DNA of 64,000 nucleotides from a virus (IMGVR_UViG_3300050343_000215:64001-128000), one strand, 5' to 3'. Counted from the first letter of the stretch, positions 1-8,850 are shown. Translations and numbers: made by a program. Notes: generated from the letters alone by a model not told the origin.

Positions 1-1440
1 ATCACCAGCATAAAGAGTGATTGAAGGATCAGCATCACCACTGAAAGTGTTACTGCGATCTGATCCAGTGAACAGATAATCTCCAGATTGAGAAGCAGTA
101 GTAATATTATATGTGGTAGGAGTAGTTCCTACTTGAGCATTGATAACTTTACTACTGGTATCATATGTGAAAGAGATACCCAACTGAGTACCATTAAGAA
201 GTGCCTGTGCAGCAGCATCCTTGGCTTCACTATCACTATAGGATGAACCTCCTCCAGATCCAGCACCTTGCCTCAGAGTAATTGTATTCTCGTCTGTTCT
301 CTCAACAGTAAGACCATCAGCACCAGCGAATACAATATCATCAGTAGATGGTGTGCTATAAACATTTCCACTAGCAGTATAATGTGTACCAGTTAATCTA
401 AGTTTTACTGTATTGCCTAATCCTGTCTCAGAAGAAATGGCATACTTTTTAGAACTGAATGTTAACGTATCATTTGAGGCAAAAATTCGTGTTTCGCCAT
501 AGTAATTTTCAGCAAATTGAACTGTATCTGTGATAGTATCAGATCCAGTTAGAGTTAATGTCCTATTACCATCAAAACTTAAAGTATATGTGGTGTTAGT
601 ATCTTGCTGAATGTCAGTATATCTTGCAACTCTATACCATGAGTTACCAGCAGCATAATAGAGTTGGTTATCATCATCATTAAAAGCGATTGCTCCTTCG
701 TATGTCGTGGCACTTGGGAAACTTCCCTGCTGATCATACCAAAATGGAATCTTACTCGCTGTTTGTGTAGCAGTAGTAATACTATTAACACCTGTTAGAT
801 TGCTATTAGTATCTACAACTAGTGTAGAATCTGAAAGAACTGTTCCATTTACCCCATCAAACAATGCGATAGCATTATCTGTTGTTGTACTAGGAGCACC
901 TACAGTTCCTGATAATGAAGTAGAGAATGTTACTGTATTATTATTTCTAGTAATGGTAATATTACTACCACCTTTCAAGATCAATGAATCAGAACTACTA
1001 TCAGATCCTGTCAGCGTAGCACTGGCACCATCTACCTCATTAGCAAAAATTAAATCATATGTAGTATTAGTATCTGTTCCAGTGAATGTAATAACACCAG
1101 CATTTTCTGCCAGGGTTACACCTCCAGCACCTGTGAAGGTAACTTGATCCTGCTGTCCTGTAGCATCTCCAGTACCGGTGAGTCTCAACTTAACATCATT
1201 TACAGCAGCATTAACTGATGAAAATGCATATGCACTATTAGTATCAGTGAATGTAATCCACTTTAATCCAGAACCAGTGGATGCTAAAATTTGATTATTA
1301 AGTCCAAGACCATCCGACAAAGTAATTGTCGCACCATTCAAATCAAGGGTTTCCCCCGTTGAAATTTTCGCTCCTTCAGCAAAAATAACTTTATCGTTAT
1401 TCGCTAAATTTACTAGTTCGTCAACTAATAGTCGTGACAT
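1..1440 (-). CDS. Virion structural / tail-fibre-like protein, 3'-partial (runs off left edge)
   Basis: Hand translation: ATG at 1440 (MSRLLVDELVNLANNDKVIF...), open where checked down to base 1; Thr/Gly/Ser-rich beta-repeat composition; late promoter upstream; missing from ORF track because there is no stop. Confidence 0.75.
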   Translation of the reverse strand, partial: MSRLLVDELVNLANNDKVIFAEGAKISTGETLDLNGATITLSDGLGLNNQILASTGSGLKWITFTDTNSAYAFSSVNAAVNDVKLRLTGTGDATGQQDQVTFTGAGGVTLAENAGVITFTGTDTNTTYDLIFANEVDGASATLTGSDSSSDSLILKGGSNITITRNNNTVTFSTSLSGTVGAPSTTTDNAIALFDGVNGTVLSDSTLVVDTNSNLTGVNSITTATQTASKIPFWYDQQGSFPSATTYEGAIAFNDDDNQLYYAAGNSWYRVARYTDIQQDTNTTYTLSFDGNRTLTLTGSDTITDTVQFAENYYGETRIFASNDTLTFSSKKYAISSETGLGNTVKLRLTGTHYTASGNVYSTPSTDDIVFAGADGLTVERTDENTITLRQGAGSGGGSSYSDSEAKDAAAQALLNGTQLGISFTYDTSSKVINAQVGTTPTTYNITTASQSGDYLFTGSDRSNTFSGDADPSITLYAGD

Positions 1441-1468
1441 TACATGTCCTTTATACTTTCCTTCAAAG

Positions 1469-1476
1469 TATTTATA
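1469..1476 (-). promoter_or_regulatory. T4-type late promoter TATAAATA
   Basis: Exact TATAAATA about 30 nt upstream of ATG 1440. Confidence 0.75.
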
Positions 1477-1482
1477 AATCTA

Positions 1483-2037
1483 TTAAGGGACGTAAGAATA
1501 CCATCCAGTAGCAAGATACTTATATTGTGTTTGACTGATCACACCATGATGATAGTGTGTCCATGAAGTAGGCCAAAATACTGCTCTTCCTTGAACAGCA
1601 TCAGTAATCAAATTATGCTGAGGAAACTTAGTGCCACCATCATCAGTAACCGTATTAAGATAAATCATCCATACCACGACACGATGGCAAGTATTCTTGT
1701 GTCCTGCCTCACAGTGTGGTTGTGGGTATCCACCACCAGGAAGATACTTCTGGAGATTATATCTATTCTCCAATCCCCAGAACCCTATTTCATTCAACTC
1801 AGGGTTTTTAATTTTATAATCTTCATAACATTTACATAGAGCACCATGTATCATGGTATCTACTTCAGTTTGATTTTGAAATCTATTGTGTATGTCCCAA
1901 CTATCTTTCATTGAAAGATTAACACCAGCACCGATCTCCCCACGCTTTATTCCAGAAAAGTTATCAATATAACTGATGATACTATCACATTGATCTGGTG
2001 ACAAAGCATTATCATATAGTTCAATAAAATTATTCAT
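1483..2037 (-). CDS. 2OG-Fe(II) oxygenase (prolyl-4-hydroxylase-like)
   Basis: HCE...YLN...GGT.F...FWP..WTHYHHG...KY motifs; likely start MNNFIELYD at 2037 (track ORF starts 2091). Confidence 0.85.
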   Translation of the reverse strand: MNNFIELYDNALSPDQCDSIISYIDNFSGIKRGEIGAGVNLSMKDSWDIHNRFQNQTEVDTMIHGALCKCYEDYKIKNPELNEIGFWGLENRYNLQKYLPGGGYPQPHCEAGHKNTCHRVVVWMIYLNTVTDDGGTKFPQHNLITDAVQGRAVFWPTSWTHYHHGVISQTQYKYLATGWYSYVP

Positions 2038-2121
2038 AAAAAAGGTGGCATTAATGCCACCTATAGAGGGTTTTACATGCCGCGCCACCAATTCTTTAAC
2101 TGGAAATTGGAAACCAGTACA

Positions 2122-2505
2122 TCATGAAAATGTAATTACATCTTGACCCGCAGCACCAGGCATAGGTACTTCTCCGGCAGCATAAGTAGCAGCACTATCT
2201 AAATTGAAATTGATATTGTCACCAATATATCCATCATATAGATCAGAATTAGATGAAGGAAACTGAGGTTCATTGCTACCAACAAAGGAACGTTTCATGT
2301 CTTCAATATCTTCAATGATGTTAAGAAGTTTACGAAGTTTAATAGCAGAAGCAGTGCCAGTTACAGAACCAAGAGCAGAACGAAGTTCTTTCTCAGCAGT
2401 ATCAAGGCGTTCATAGGTAGTCATAGTGTTTGTAAATTCAGGAGGTTTTGCAGGAACAAATTTAGTTTGGTTATTGAACTTAAAAGGAGTGTTGTTTAAC
2501 GACAT
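2122..2505 (-). CDS. Hypothetical protein
   Basis: 127-aa ORF overlapping upstream gene. Confidence 0.6.
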   Translation of the reverse strand: MSLNNTPFKFNNQTKFVPAKPPEFTNTMTTYERLDTAEKELRSALGSVTGTASAIKLRKLLNIIEDIEDMKRSFVGSNEPQFPSSNSDLYDGYIGDNINFNLDSAATYAAGEVPMPGAAGQDVITFS

Positions 2506-2734
2506 TATTTTTTACATAGCAGGGTACGCCGTCAGGATCTAACCATTTGGTATATTCAAAATCTTCCATCGCTGTAGTCATCTGCATTACATTATCACAC
2601 AGGTACATATCTTTGTAACGCTTAGTCCAAGGATCTGCTTTCTGAATGCGAAAGTCTGGTTTACCATTGATTTCTAGTACACCAGACTCAATATAACGAT
2701 AGGGGAAACGCTCAAGAAGAACTTTCATAATCAT
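2480..2734 (-). CDS. Conserved cyanophage hypothetical protein
   Basis: MKVLLERFPYRYIE...; co-directional, typical of cyanomyovirus small ORFs. Confidence 0.7.
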   Translation of the reverse strand: MIMKVLLERFPYRYIESGVLEINGKPDFRIQKADPWTKRYKDMYLCDNVMQMTTAMEDFEYTKWLDPDGVPCYVKNNVVKQHSF

Positions 2735-2775
2735 GATGACTTACTGAATAATAATAGCAGGGGAAGCAGGAGTTG

Positions 2776-3279
2776 TCAAGGGTCAACCCAGATTTGTATG
2801 GAACACCGTGGGTATTCAGTGAGAGCAGAAACTGGTGTGACCATGTGTTCCTGATGAGAATCATTGATCACCATCATATTACGTTTGGGAACAATTGCTT
2901 TCATAATTAATGGATCGCCGTCATCCCAAATAAAAATACCACCGTGGTTTTTATCCCAAATATGATTCAAATATATTGTAGCACCATATCCATGCTGACC
3001 ATCATTGTGACTAGCAATACCAGCATTCTGTAACCAAACATAATATTGCATATCATACTTAGATCCCGCAGGAAAATATTTTGATATAGATTTAATTATT
3101 TTGTTTTTAGTTTCTTCAGGAACATATGTGTGAATAGAATCTCCAGTAATTCCCTTTTTAAGATTTGGATGCCACCTTAACATAGAAGACCCCCAACAAC
3201 GTTCTTTCATTAGTTTATCTAATTCAGAAGAACATTTTTTTAAAAGATCTTCAGGGAAAACTTTATGATGAATTTGCAT
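2776..3279 (-). CDS. 2OG-Fe(II) oxygenase
   Basis: SHND...IYLN..W....GG.F...EHMVTPV...R.SIQ motifs. Confidence 0.85.
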   Translation of the reverse strand: MQIHHKVFPEDLLKKCSSELDKLMKERCWGSSMLRWHPNLKKGITGDSIHTYVPEETKNKIIKSISKYFPAGSKYDMQYYVWLQNAGIASHNDGQHGYGATIYLNHIWDKNHGGIFIWDDGDPLIMKAIVPKRNMMVINDSHQEHMVTPVSALTEYPRCSIQIWVDP

Positions 3280-3497
3280 TAGATTAATAAATCAAGGTCT
3301 TTCTCCAATTGTGTCAGCACCACTTCATAGTCATCATCAGGGTCTCCGAACAGTTGCAGACCACGTATGTCATAAAACTCATAGATCTTCTTATAAATCT
3401 GTGGATATTCATCCTCAAGATTCACAACTCCGTCCACAGCATCATTAAGAATATCAATGTCCTCGGGGAACTTGCGAAGAATATTTTGTCTGTTCAT
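3279..3497 (-). CDS. Hypothetical protein
   Basis: 72-aa acidic ORF coupled to next gene, sigma70 promoter upstream. Confidence 0.7.
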   Translation of the reverse strand: MNRQNILRKFPEDIDILNDAVDGVVNLEDEYPQIYKKIYEFYDIRGLQLFGDPDDDYEVVLTQLEKDLDLLI

Positions 3498-3521
3498 TAG
3501 TATGTGTGAGATACACTACTA

Positions 3522-3549
3522 ATTATACCATAAAAAATTTGAAGGTCAA
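3522..3549 (-). promoter_or_regulatory. sigma70-like early promoter
   Basis: TTGACC-16-TATAAT with extended -10 TG. Confidence 0.65.
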
Positions 3550-3743
3550 AGAGAACTATGAATTAATTCTTTTTTATACTTATACCAAGGATGTTCGTAC
3601 ACTTTAGGTAAAGATCTTTTAGATTGATAACTTTGTTCATGTAGATCTTGGATTTGATGACTCATTGTATGAAGTAGACCTTTTATGTAAATAATCTCAT
3701 CAGAAAGTTCTTTAATTTCGGCGTGAAGTTTTTCGTGTTTCAT
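3546..3743 (-). CDS. Hypothetical coiled-coil protein (65 aa)
   Basis: ATG at 3743 (MKHEKLHAEIKELS...); the longer track ORF runs through tRNAs and is an over-extension. Confidence 0.6.
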   Translation of the reverse strand: MKHEKLHAEIKELSDEIIYIKGLLHTMSHQIQDLHEQSYQSKRSLPKVYEHPWYKYKKELIHSSL

Positions 3744-3760
3744 TAGTAAAAGTATACTAA

Positions 3761-3832
3761 TGCTTGATGACGGGATTGAACCGCCGACCGCCTCGGTGTA
3801 AACGAGATGCTCTACCGCTGAGCTAATCAAGC
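3761..3832 (-). tRNA. trnV: tRNA-Val(TAC)
   Basis: Cloverleaf: GCTTGAT/ATCAAGC acceptor, anticodon loop TT-TAC-AC, GGTTCAATCC T-arm; no encoded CCA. Confidence 0.93.
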
Positions 3833-3835
3833 ATA

Positions 3836-3917
3836 TGGGCAGGGTTGGATTTGAACCAACGTAGGCAGAGCCAGTGGATTTACAGTCCACCTCCATTAAC
3901 CACTCGGACACCCACCC
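3836..3917 (-). tRNA. trnY: tRNA-Tyr(GTA)
   Basis: GTGGA-CT-GTA-AA-TCCAC anticodon arm, long variable arm, GGTTCAAATCC. Confidence 0.93.
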
Positions 3918-3920
3918 AAA

Positions 3921-3992
3921 CTCCCAAGGCTGGATTTGAACCAGCGACCAGCCGATTAACAGTCGGCGGCTCTGCCACTGAGCTACTTGGGA
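3921..3992 (-). tRNA. trnN: tRNA-Asn(GTT)
   Basis: TCCCAAG/CTTGGGA acceptor, loop CT-GTT-AA. Confidence 0.93.
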
Positions 3993-4147
3993 TTGTTTTG
4001 TTCTCTCTTGAGTTTAAAGTACAATTTATAGTATCTATTACACATTTCTCTAAGAATTTTATGGTCTTCAGTAAAACCAAGATTCTTAGTATGTGTACAT
4101 GATCCTTCCATCTCACTAATAAGAAGAAGAATTTCAACTGGTTTCAT
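3983..4147 (-). CDS. Small hypothetical protein (54 aa) inside tRNA cluster
   Basis: Hand translation MKPVEILLLISEMEGSCTHTKNLGF...EQNNPK*; stop lies inside tRNA-Asn. Confidence 0.6.
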   Translation of the reverse strand: MKPVEILLLISEMEGSCTHTKNLGFTEDHKILREMCNRYYKLYFKLKREQNNPK

Positions 4148-4169
4148 AATGTAATGCCTCAAGAGAGGA

Positions 4170-4241
4170 AGCCCTCAGTAGGATTTGAACCAACGACCTA
4201 CGCTTTACAAAAGCGTTGCTCTACCACTGAGCTATAAGGGC
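4170..4241 (-). tRNA. trnT: tRNA-Thr(TGT)
   Basis: GCCCTTA/TGAGGGC acceptor, ACGCT-TT-TGT-AA-AGCGT. Confidence 0.93.
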
Positions 4242-4245
4242 AAGG

Positions 4246-4319
4246 CGACTCAGGTGGGACTTGAACCTACGACCGACTGCTTAGAAGGCAGTTGCTCTAT
4301 CCATCTGAGCTACTGAGTC
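4246..4319 (-). tRNA. trnR: tRNA-Arg(TCT)
   Basis: GACTCAG/CTGAGTC acceptor, ACTGC-CT-TCT-AA-GCAGT. Confidence 0.93.
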
Positions 4320-4327
4320 ATGTAATA

Positions 4328-4356
4328 ATTATACCCTATGCAATTGATCTTGTCAA
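4328..4356 (-). promoter_or_regulatory. Consensus sigma70 promoter driving tRNA operon
   Basis: Perfect TTGACA-17-TATAAT ending 8 nt before tRNA-Arg. Confidence 0.9.
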
Positions 4357-4893
4357 TTATCCTTCCGTCTTGATTTTCACAAAGTTTGCAGCGAAAGCAA
4401 TTCTCTTATCTTTAGTTGGAAATACATTATGATCCACAATTCCTGGAAACAATACCAACATACCATCTTTAGGTTGAATTTGCAATTTGTTTTCAAAAAC
4501 TATAGGAGAACTTTTTTCAGTGATACTGATATAATAAACACAAGAAAAATCTGCAGGATAATGATTATGTTTATATGCACAGTCACCCTCAGAATACTTC
4601 ATTGCCCAAAAATTTTGACACTCATAAAAAGTATGACTATCATTAAAGTAATCTTGATTGGCATCATAGATGACTGCAATAATTTTTTCAATCAAAAAAT
4701 TAAAATCTTTTGTATCTTTCCTGGTATAAAATTCTGTTCTCCATGCATCAACATTAGTTCCTTGCTTCAAACCTTTTGGATTTAATTTCTGATGATCATC
4801 AATGATACGGATAAGTTTTTCGTTTAATGACTGATGATCATCTATAATGGTTGTAAATACTGGAAGTTTTTTTACGACATTATAAGTTTCCAT
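4357..4893 (-). CDS. 2OG-Fe(II) oxygenase-like protein (HxH type)
   Basis: W....G....HNH..A.FSCVYY...P..G.LVLFP....HNV....R...AAN. Confidence 0.75.
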   Translation of the reverse strand: METYNVVKKLPVFTTIIDDHQSLNEKLIRIIDDHQKLNPKGLKQGTNVDAWRTEFYTRKDTKDFNFLIEKIIAVIYDANQDYFNDSHTFYECQNFWAMKYSEGDCAYKHNHYPADFSCVYYISITEKSSPIVFENKLQIQPKDGMLVLFPGIVDHNVFPTKDKRIAFAANFVKIKTEG

Positions 4894-5098
4894 AATATGC
4901 TTCGTAATACTTAACTATACCTGAAGAAATTTTATGCCCTTGTGACACCCAATCATGAGCACAGGCGTATATGGACTCACAGGTGTATTTGGATTTTCGG
5001 GTGGTGTCAAGTTCACCACCATACTTTTCAAGGAGGATACTCAGAACTTCCTGCCTGAGTTTCAACCTGTCCTCACTATAGCGCCAATCTTCGCTCAT
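4880..5098 (-). CDS. Conserved cyanophage hypothetical protein
   Basis: 72-aa ORF overlapping both neighbours. Confidence 0.7.
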   Translation of the reverse strand: MSEDWRYSEDRLKLRQEVLSILLEKYGGELDTTRKSKYTCESIYACAHDWVSQGHKISSGIVKYYEAYYGNL

Positions 5099-5688
5099 GC
5101 CAACACCATTTTTTTTGTGTAGTCAAATGCATATAGTTCACGGTTACCTTTAATACCCCACCCTAACCAGTAGTATGCAGGAACCATATACTGACTCACA
5201 GTTCGTCCACTACCCTCAAACTCAGGAAGATAGCGTTGGAAGGTAGATTCATTAATCATGTAACGAGTTTGACCCTTAAGTGTACTGGGATCACAACCAA
5301 ATTTATCACAGAACCTACCAAGGTTATCATAACGTCCTATTGATGTCCACTGGATGAGACCATAACCGCCACTACGACACTCACTATAAGACACTCTAGC
5401 ACCACCCTCACAAATGTCGGGAGTAAAATTAGATTCTTGTTTGATGTTCCCCATGATTGTAGCAAGGGCATTCTTGTCCTTGATTCTAGTGTTTTCTTGG
5501 AGTTCTTCAAGGACATACTGTTCTTCAGGGGAACATGATGGACACTTCCAGGATGGAAATGACACTACTTCAATAGGTGTAATATTATCACGAAGTCCTG
5601 TGCCCACAATCTTGCTATTGGGCAGTAGGAATGGTGTTGCAGCTACTGCTGTTGCTGCTAACAACACGGAATACATAAGATTTCTCAT
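5095..5688 (-). CDS. Lysozyme-like cell-wall hydrolase (phage tail lysozyme family)
   Basis: N-terminal hydrophobic anchor; A.IMGNIKQES.F and GYGLIQWT motifs. Confidence 0.75.
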   Translation of the reverse strand: MRNLMYSVLLAATAVAATPFLLPNSKIVGTGLRDNITPIEVVSFPSWKCPSCSPEEQYVLEELQENTRIKDKNALATIMGNIKQESNFTPDICEGGARVSYSECRSGGYGLIQWTSIGRYDNLGRFCDKFGCDPSTLKGQTRYMINESTFQRYLPEFEGSGRTVSQYMVPAYYWLGWGIKGNRELYAFDYTKKMVLA

Positions 5689-5701
5689 CAGTGTTCATAC
5701 C

Positions 5702-5752
5702 AACATACCATGTATATAGAGAGTTGTCAACCCTAAAATAAATACCTATAAT
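5702..5752. promoter_or_regulatory. Bidirectional sigma70 promoter pair sharing one -35, plus a late-promoter box
   Basis: Plus: TTGTCA(5724)-17-TATAAT(5747); minus: TTGACA-17-TATGTT; ATAAATA at 5738-5744. Confidence 0.7.
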
Positions 5753-5774
5753 ACAGAGGCACTAAGGTCTTACC

Positions 5775-5933
5775 ATGAGATTAAACGAAGTAGACGTGGC
5801 ACGTCTGATTACTGCTTGCAACATGTACAAAGAAAAAACTGGTTCTGAATATATGTGGGACGAGTATACTGAACTTGTAGAAAAATTAGAAAGATTATGC
5901 GAACAAGGATACTGTTCAATCACTAGTGATTGA
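5775..5933 (+). CDS. Small conserved cyanophage protein (52 aa)
   Basis: Hand translation MRLNEVDVARLITACNMYKEKTGSEYMWDEY... Confidence 0.65.
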   Translation: MRLNEVDVARLITACNMYKEKTGSEYMWDEYTELVEKLERLCEQGYCSITSD

Positions 5934-6005
5934 GTGTGTAAGTCCAAACAAAAACAATATTCACACAAAATTAAATACCTAGATAATGTAGTTGCACACA
6001 AGTTT

Positions 6006-6329
6006 GTGAAAGTCTTAATTACATTTTTTATTGCCCTATTTTTTGCTGCTCCTGCATGGGCAGTAGATGTATCAATGGGTGCTAATGGCAACCTAGCATT
6101 CTCACCGAATGAGATCACAATCTCTGCAGGTGATACGGTTCATTTTATCAATGAATCACTACCTCCTCATAATATTATTGTTGAGGCACGTCCAGATCTT
6201 TCTAGAGAAGCATTACTGTTTGCTCCAGGAGAATCACAAGACGTTGTATTTGCTGACAAAGGGGACTATAATTTCTTCTGTGGTCCTCATCAGGGCGCAG
6301 GTATGACTGGCGTAGTTCATGTTGAGTAA
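6006..6329 (+). CDS. petE: Plastocyanin
   Basis: Signal peptide (APAWA), PPHN and C-x2-H-x4-M copper ligands (FCGPHQGAGM); probable GTG start 6006. Confidence 0.95.
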   Translation: MKVLITFFIALFFAAPAWAVDVSMGANGNLAFSPNEITISAGDTVHFINESLPPHNIIVEARPDLSREALLFAPGESQDVVFADKGDYNFFCGPHQGAGMTGVVHVE

Positions 6330-6597
6330 GGATTACATAACAAAAGAAGAATGCCAGGAGATGATTGATGATGCCATACGAAAACATAATCGTAATGCTG
6401 GAATTATCTCTATGTGTGTTGGTTGGGTTGTTCTCGCACTTTTTGCTGAGGGTCTTCTTAGACTCATTGGAGTAATTCCTCCACTATTACCATGGTTAAA
6501 GATTAACACTATGATGAGCGGACTATTTGTATTTGCATTTATTACACTAATGGTAATTACCATGGTCAAGATAACATGGTCAATGAATTGGGTGTGA
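6319..6597 (+). CDS. Small membrane protein
   Basis: Two hydrophobic segments; follows petE. Confidence 0.6.
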   Translation: MLSKDYITKEECQEMIDDAIRKHNRNAGIISMCVGWVVLALFAEGLLRLIGVIPPLLPWLKINTMMSGLFVFAFITLMVITMVKITWSMNWV

Positions 6598-6622
6598 TTG
6601 TAAAAAATAAAGGAAAATTAAA

Positions 6623-7090
6623 ATGAAAGTAGGAATGATTGGTTTGGGTCGTACTGGTGAAGGTATGTCTCGCCGTATGATCGAAAAAGGAATTGAAGTT
6701 TGGGGTTACAGTAGTACTAACTATGAGAATGCCTGTGGACAGTATGAAGCAGGACATATCAGTGGATGTGTAACCTCAATAGAGTATCTTGTTCAGGCAG
6801 TTAAATCTGATGCTAAGAAGTTTACTAGTGCTGGTAGGATTCCTGGCATCTTTCAGATTACATGTCCCGAGCAAAAAGCAGAAGACACACTTGATGAGTT
6901 GCTGCCATTACTTGAAGAGGGTGATATTGTTATTGATTACAGCACCAATGACATCTCAAAATGTCAGGAACTGGAACTGTATTGTTCCAAGTTAGGTATC
7001 TCATATATCTTCTCTGGAGTATATGGAGCAACCCATGCTGTAAATGCATGTTCTAAAATTTTCCAATCGCTATCACCAGGTGTTATCTAA
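6623..7090 (+). CDS. gnd: Truncated 6-phosphogluconate dehydrogenase (NAD(P)-binding domain only)
   Basis: MKVGMIGLGRTGEGMSRRM...LLPLLEEGDIVID matches Gnd N-terminus; 155 aa, no catalytic C-terminal domain. Confidence 0.8.
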   Translation: MKVGMIGLGRTGEGMSRRMIEKGIEVWGYSSTNYENACGQYEAGHISGCVTSIEYLVQAVKSDAKKFTSAGRIPGIFQITCPEQKAEDTLDELLPLLEEGDIVIDYSTNDISKCQELELYCSKLGISYIFSGVYGATHAVNACSKIFQSLSPGVI

Positions 7091-7731
7091 TGCCACACGA
7101 ATTTGATCCATGCGAAGCACCTGTAGAAGGTGAAGTTGATAAGTGGGGGTTTACTATCAAACCCTCTATCAGTGATGATGAATTAATTCTTATGATGTTT
7201 AAAAAATGCTCCTGTGGAAGTGATAGAAAAGCAAGCAATTGAAGTTAATTAAAATCTACGAGGATAAAATCAATGACGTTAGCTACATGTCCTACTTTTC
7301 GGATCACTACCCTTTGTATGTGCCACCATTTATTTCGGGCTACGAAAAGGTGAAAATAACTATTATGAAACCGACGCCTACTCAGGAAATGGAACAGCGC
7401 ATTAGAATGAGATTTGCGTTTGCCATGTCATCATTCGGTAGAATGTTTCGACCAGATGGTATTACACCATTGAGATGAGAGATCTTTGTAATGAATGGTC
7501 TCAAATTGAAGAGCAACCACCTCAAGGTGATTTGTATCAAGTCGATCGGTATTTTCTAGAACTTTGGAAAAAAAGAAATGAAAAATTAAAAAATTAAAGG
7601 AGGAAAACCTTAAATTGAAATTAGAAAATATAAAATTGCGTATCAAAATTCAAGGATTATCATATAATGACTGGATTCACCCAAGATCTTGTTTACACAA
7701 TGATGATCCATGGGATCATTTAGCAGGTTAA
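7090..7731 (+). other. Run of about four small cyanophage ORFs broken by single-base indels
   Basis: MPHEFDPCEAPVEGEVDKWG..., MTLA-HVLLFGSLPF...ETDAYSGNGTAH, MEQRIRMRFAFAMSS...-MRDLCNEW..., KLKEENLKLKLEN...DPWDHLAG*, each readable across frame changes. Confidence 0.6.
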
Positions 7732-7732
7732 A

Positions 7733-7837
7733 ATGAATCACATTATCTTTCTTAGTTTAATTTTATTTTCCAGCATAGTAATAAGTATATCATTAAGTTT
7801 AAACTATGCATATCAAGCACCTACTCACATAATCTAA
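7733..7837 (+). CDS. Small single-TM protein (34 aa)
   Basis: MNHIIFLSLILFSSIVISISLSLNYAYQAPTHII*. Confidence 0.45.
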   Translation: MNHIIFLSLILFSSIVISISLSLNYAYQAPTHII

Positions 7838-7859
7838 ATATCACACAAGTAATTATCAC

Positions 7860-8510
7860 ATGAAAATTTTTCTAGACACAGCTGATCTGAACGAAATTAA
7901 AAAAGCAACACGCACTGGATTAGTTGATGGTGTTACAACTAATCCCACATTAATTAAACGAAGTGGTAGAACTCTTATTGACGTTGCTAAGGAATTAATT
8001 GCCGACTATCCTCAATTTGAAAGTGTGTCCTGTGAGGTAGTTGCCGAGACCGCTGAAGAAATGATTGAACAAGCTCAACAGTTTATTCAGTTAGCCAATA
8101 AAGCAATCACTATCAAACTACCATGTACTGTAGAAGGTTTGATTGCATGTAAAGCACTCTCTGTTCTTGGTGTTAAAACCAATGTGACTCTTGTGTTCTC
8201 TGTGGCACAAGCAATCATGGCAGCAAAGTCAGGTGCTACTTATATCTCACCTTTCGTAGGTCGCTGCAATGATAACTCATTCAGTGGTGTAGAACTTGTT
8301 CGTGCTATCAGTGGAACTTATTGTTCTCAAGGTGTAAGAACTCAAATTCTTGCAGCGTCATTGAGAGATGTTCATCATGTATCACGGTGTTTTGCTTATG
8401 GTGCCAGCGTTATTACAATGCCACCTAAAGTATTTTGGGCGATGTACGATCATGTACTTACCCGTGAAGGATTAGATCAATTTCAAAAAGATTGGGAAGA
8501 CGTGCAATGA
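7860..8510 (+). CDS. talC: Transaldolase (TalC/Fsa type)
   Basis: IFLDTA, GVTTNP, Schiff-base IKLP, YISPFVGR, ILAASLR. Confidence 0.95.
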   Translation: MKIFLDTADLNEIKKATRTGLVDGVTTNPTLIKRSGRTLIDVAKELIADYPQFESVSCEVVAETAEEMIEQAQQFIQLANKAITIKLPCTVEGLIACKALSVLGVKTNVTLVFSVAQAIMAAKSGATYISPFVGRCNDNSFSGVELVRAISGTYCSQGVRTQILAASLRDVHHVSRCFAYGASVITMPPKVFWAMYDHVLTREGLDQFQKDWEDVQ

Positions 8511-8662
8511 TGCTACAGTTTGCTAGATTTTGTGGAACTGTATTAAACAACCCTTGGGGATGTGGACTACTGGCATGGTGCCTGGTCTTCGTCCCCATTA
8601 TTGGTATGTGGGCAGTTCATAAATACAGTTGGCAGCACTGGGAACCTTTCCATAAAAAATAA
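8507..8662 (+). CDS. Small membrane protein (51 aa)
   Basis: MMLQFARFCGTVLNNPWGCGLLAWCLVFVPIIGMWAVHKY...; ATGA overlap with talC. Confidence 0.65.
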   Translation: MMLQFARFCGTVLNNPWGCGLLAWCLVFVPIIGMWAVHKYSWQHWEPFHKK

Positions 8663-8664
8663 GC

Positions 8665-8850
8665 ATGGAAGCCGATTACACCGTCAATTTAAGAATAGAA
8701 GATATACGTCTATTACATCACTGTGTAATAAAAAGACTAGAAATGTGGGAAGGATCACCTGCTCGTCCAGCAGAAGAACAAGAACATTTATGGTATATGA
8801 GAAATTCTCTTTACCGAATGATTTTAGACTATCAATTTAATGAATCATGA
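8665..8850 (+). CDS. Conserved hypothetical protein
   Basis: 61-aa ORF, coupled to neighbours. Confidence 0.65.
   Translation: MEADYTVNLRIEDIRLLHHCVIKRLEMWEGSPARPAEEQEHLWYMRNSLYRMILDYQFNES

Noticed and set aside
3546-4137. Track ORFs 3546..3911, 3845..4102 and 3880..4137
   Set aside because: They read through tRNA genes; only 3546..3743 and 3983..4147 look like real CDS
6319-6597. Novel two-gene fusion after petE
   Set aside because: An internal MMSGLF... could be a separate ORF joined by stop loss or error; cannot be judged without homologs or reads
7090-7731. Decayed zwf or gnd C-terminal remnant
   Set aside because: The sequence instead reads as separate small ORFs with indels; no G6PDH or 6PGDH motifs in the frames I read
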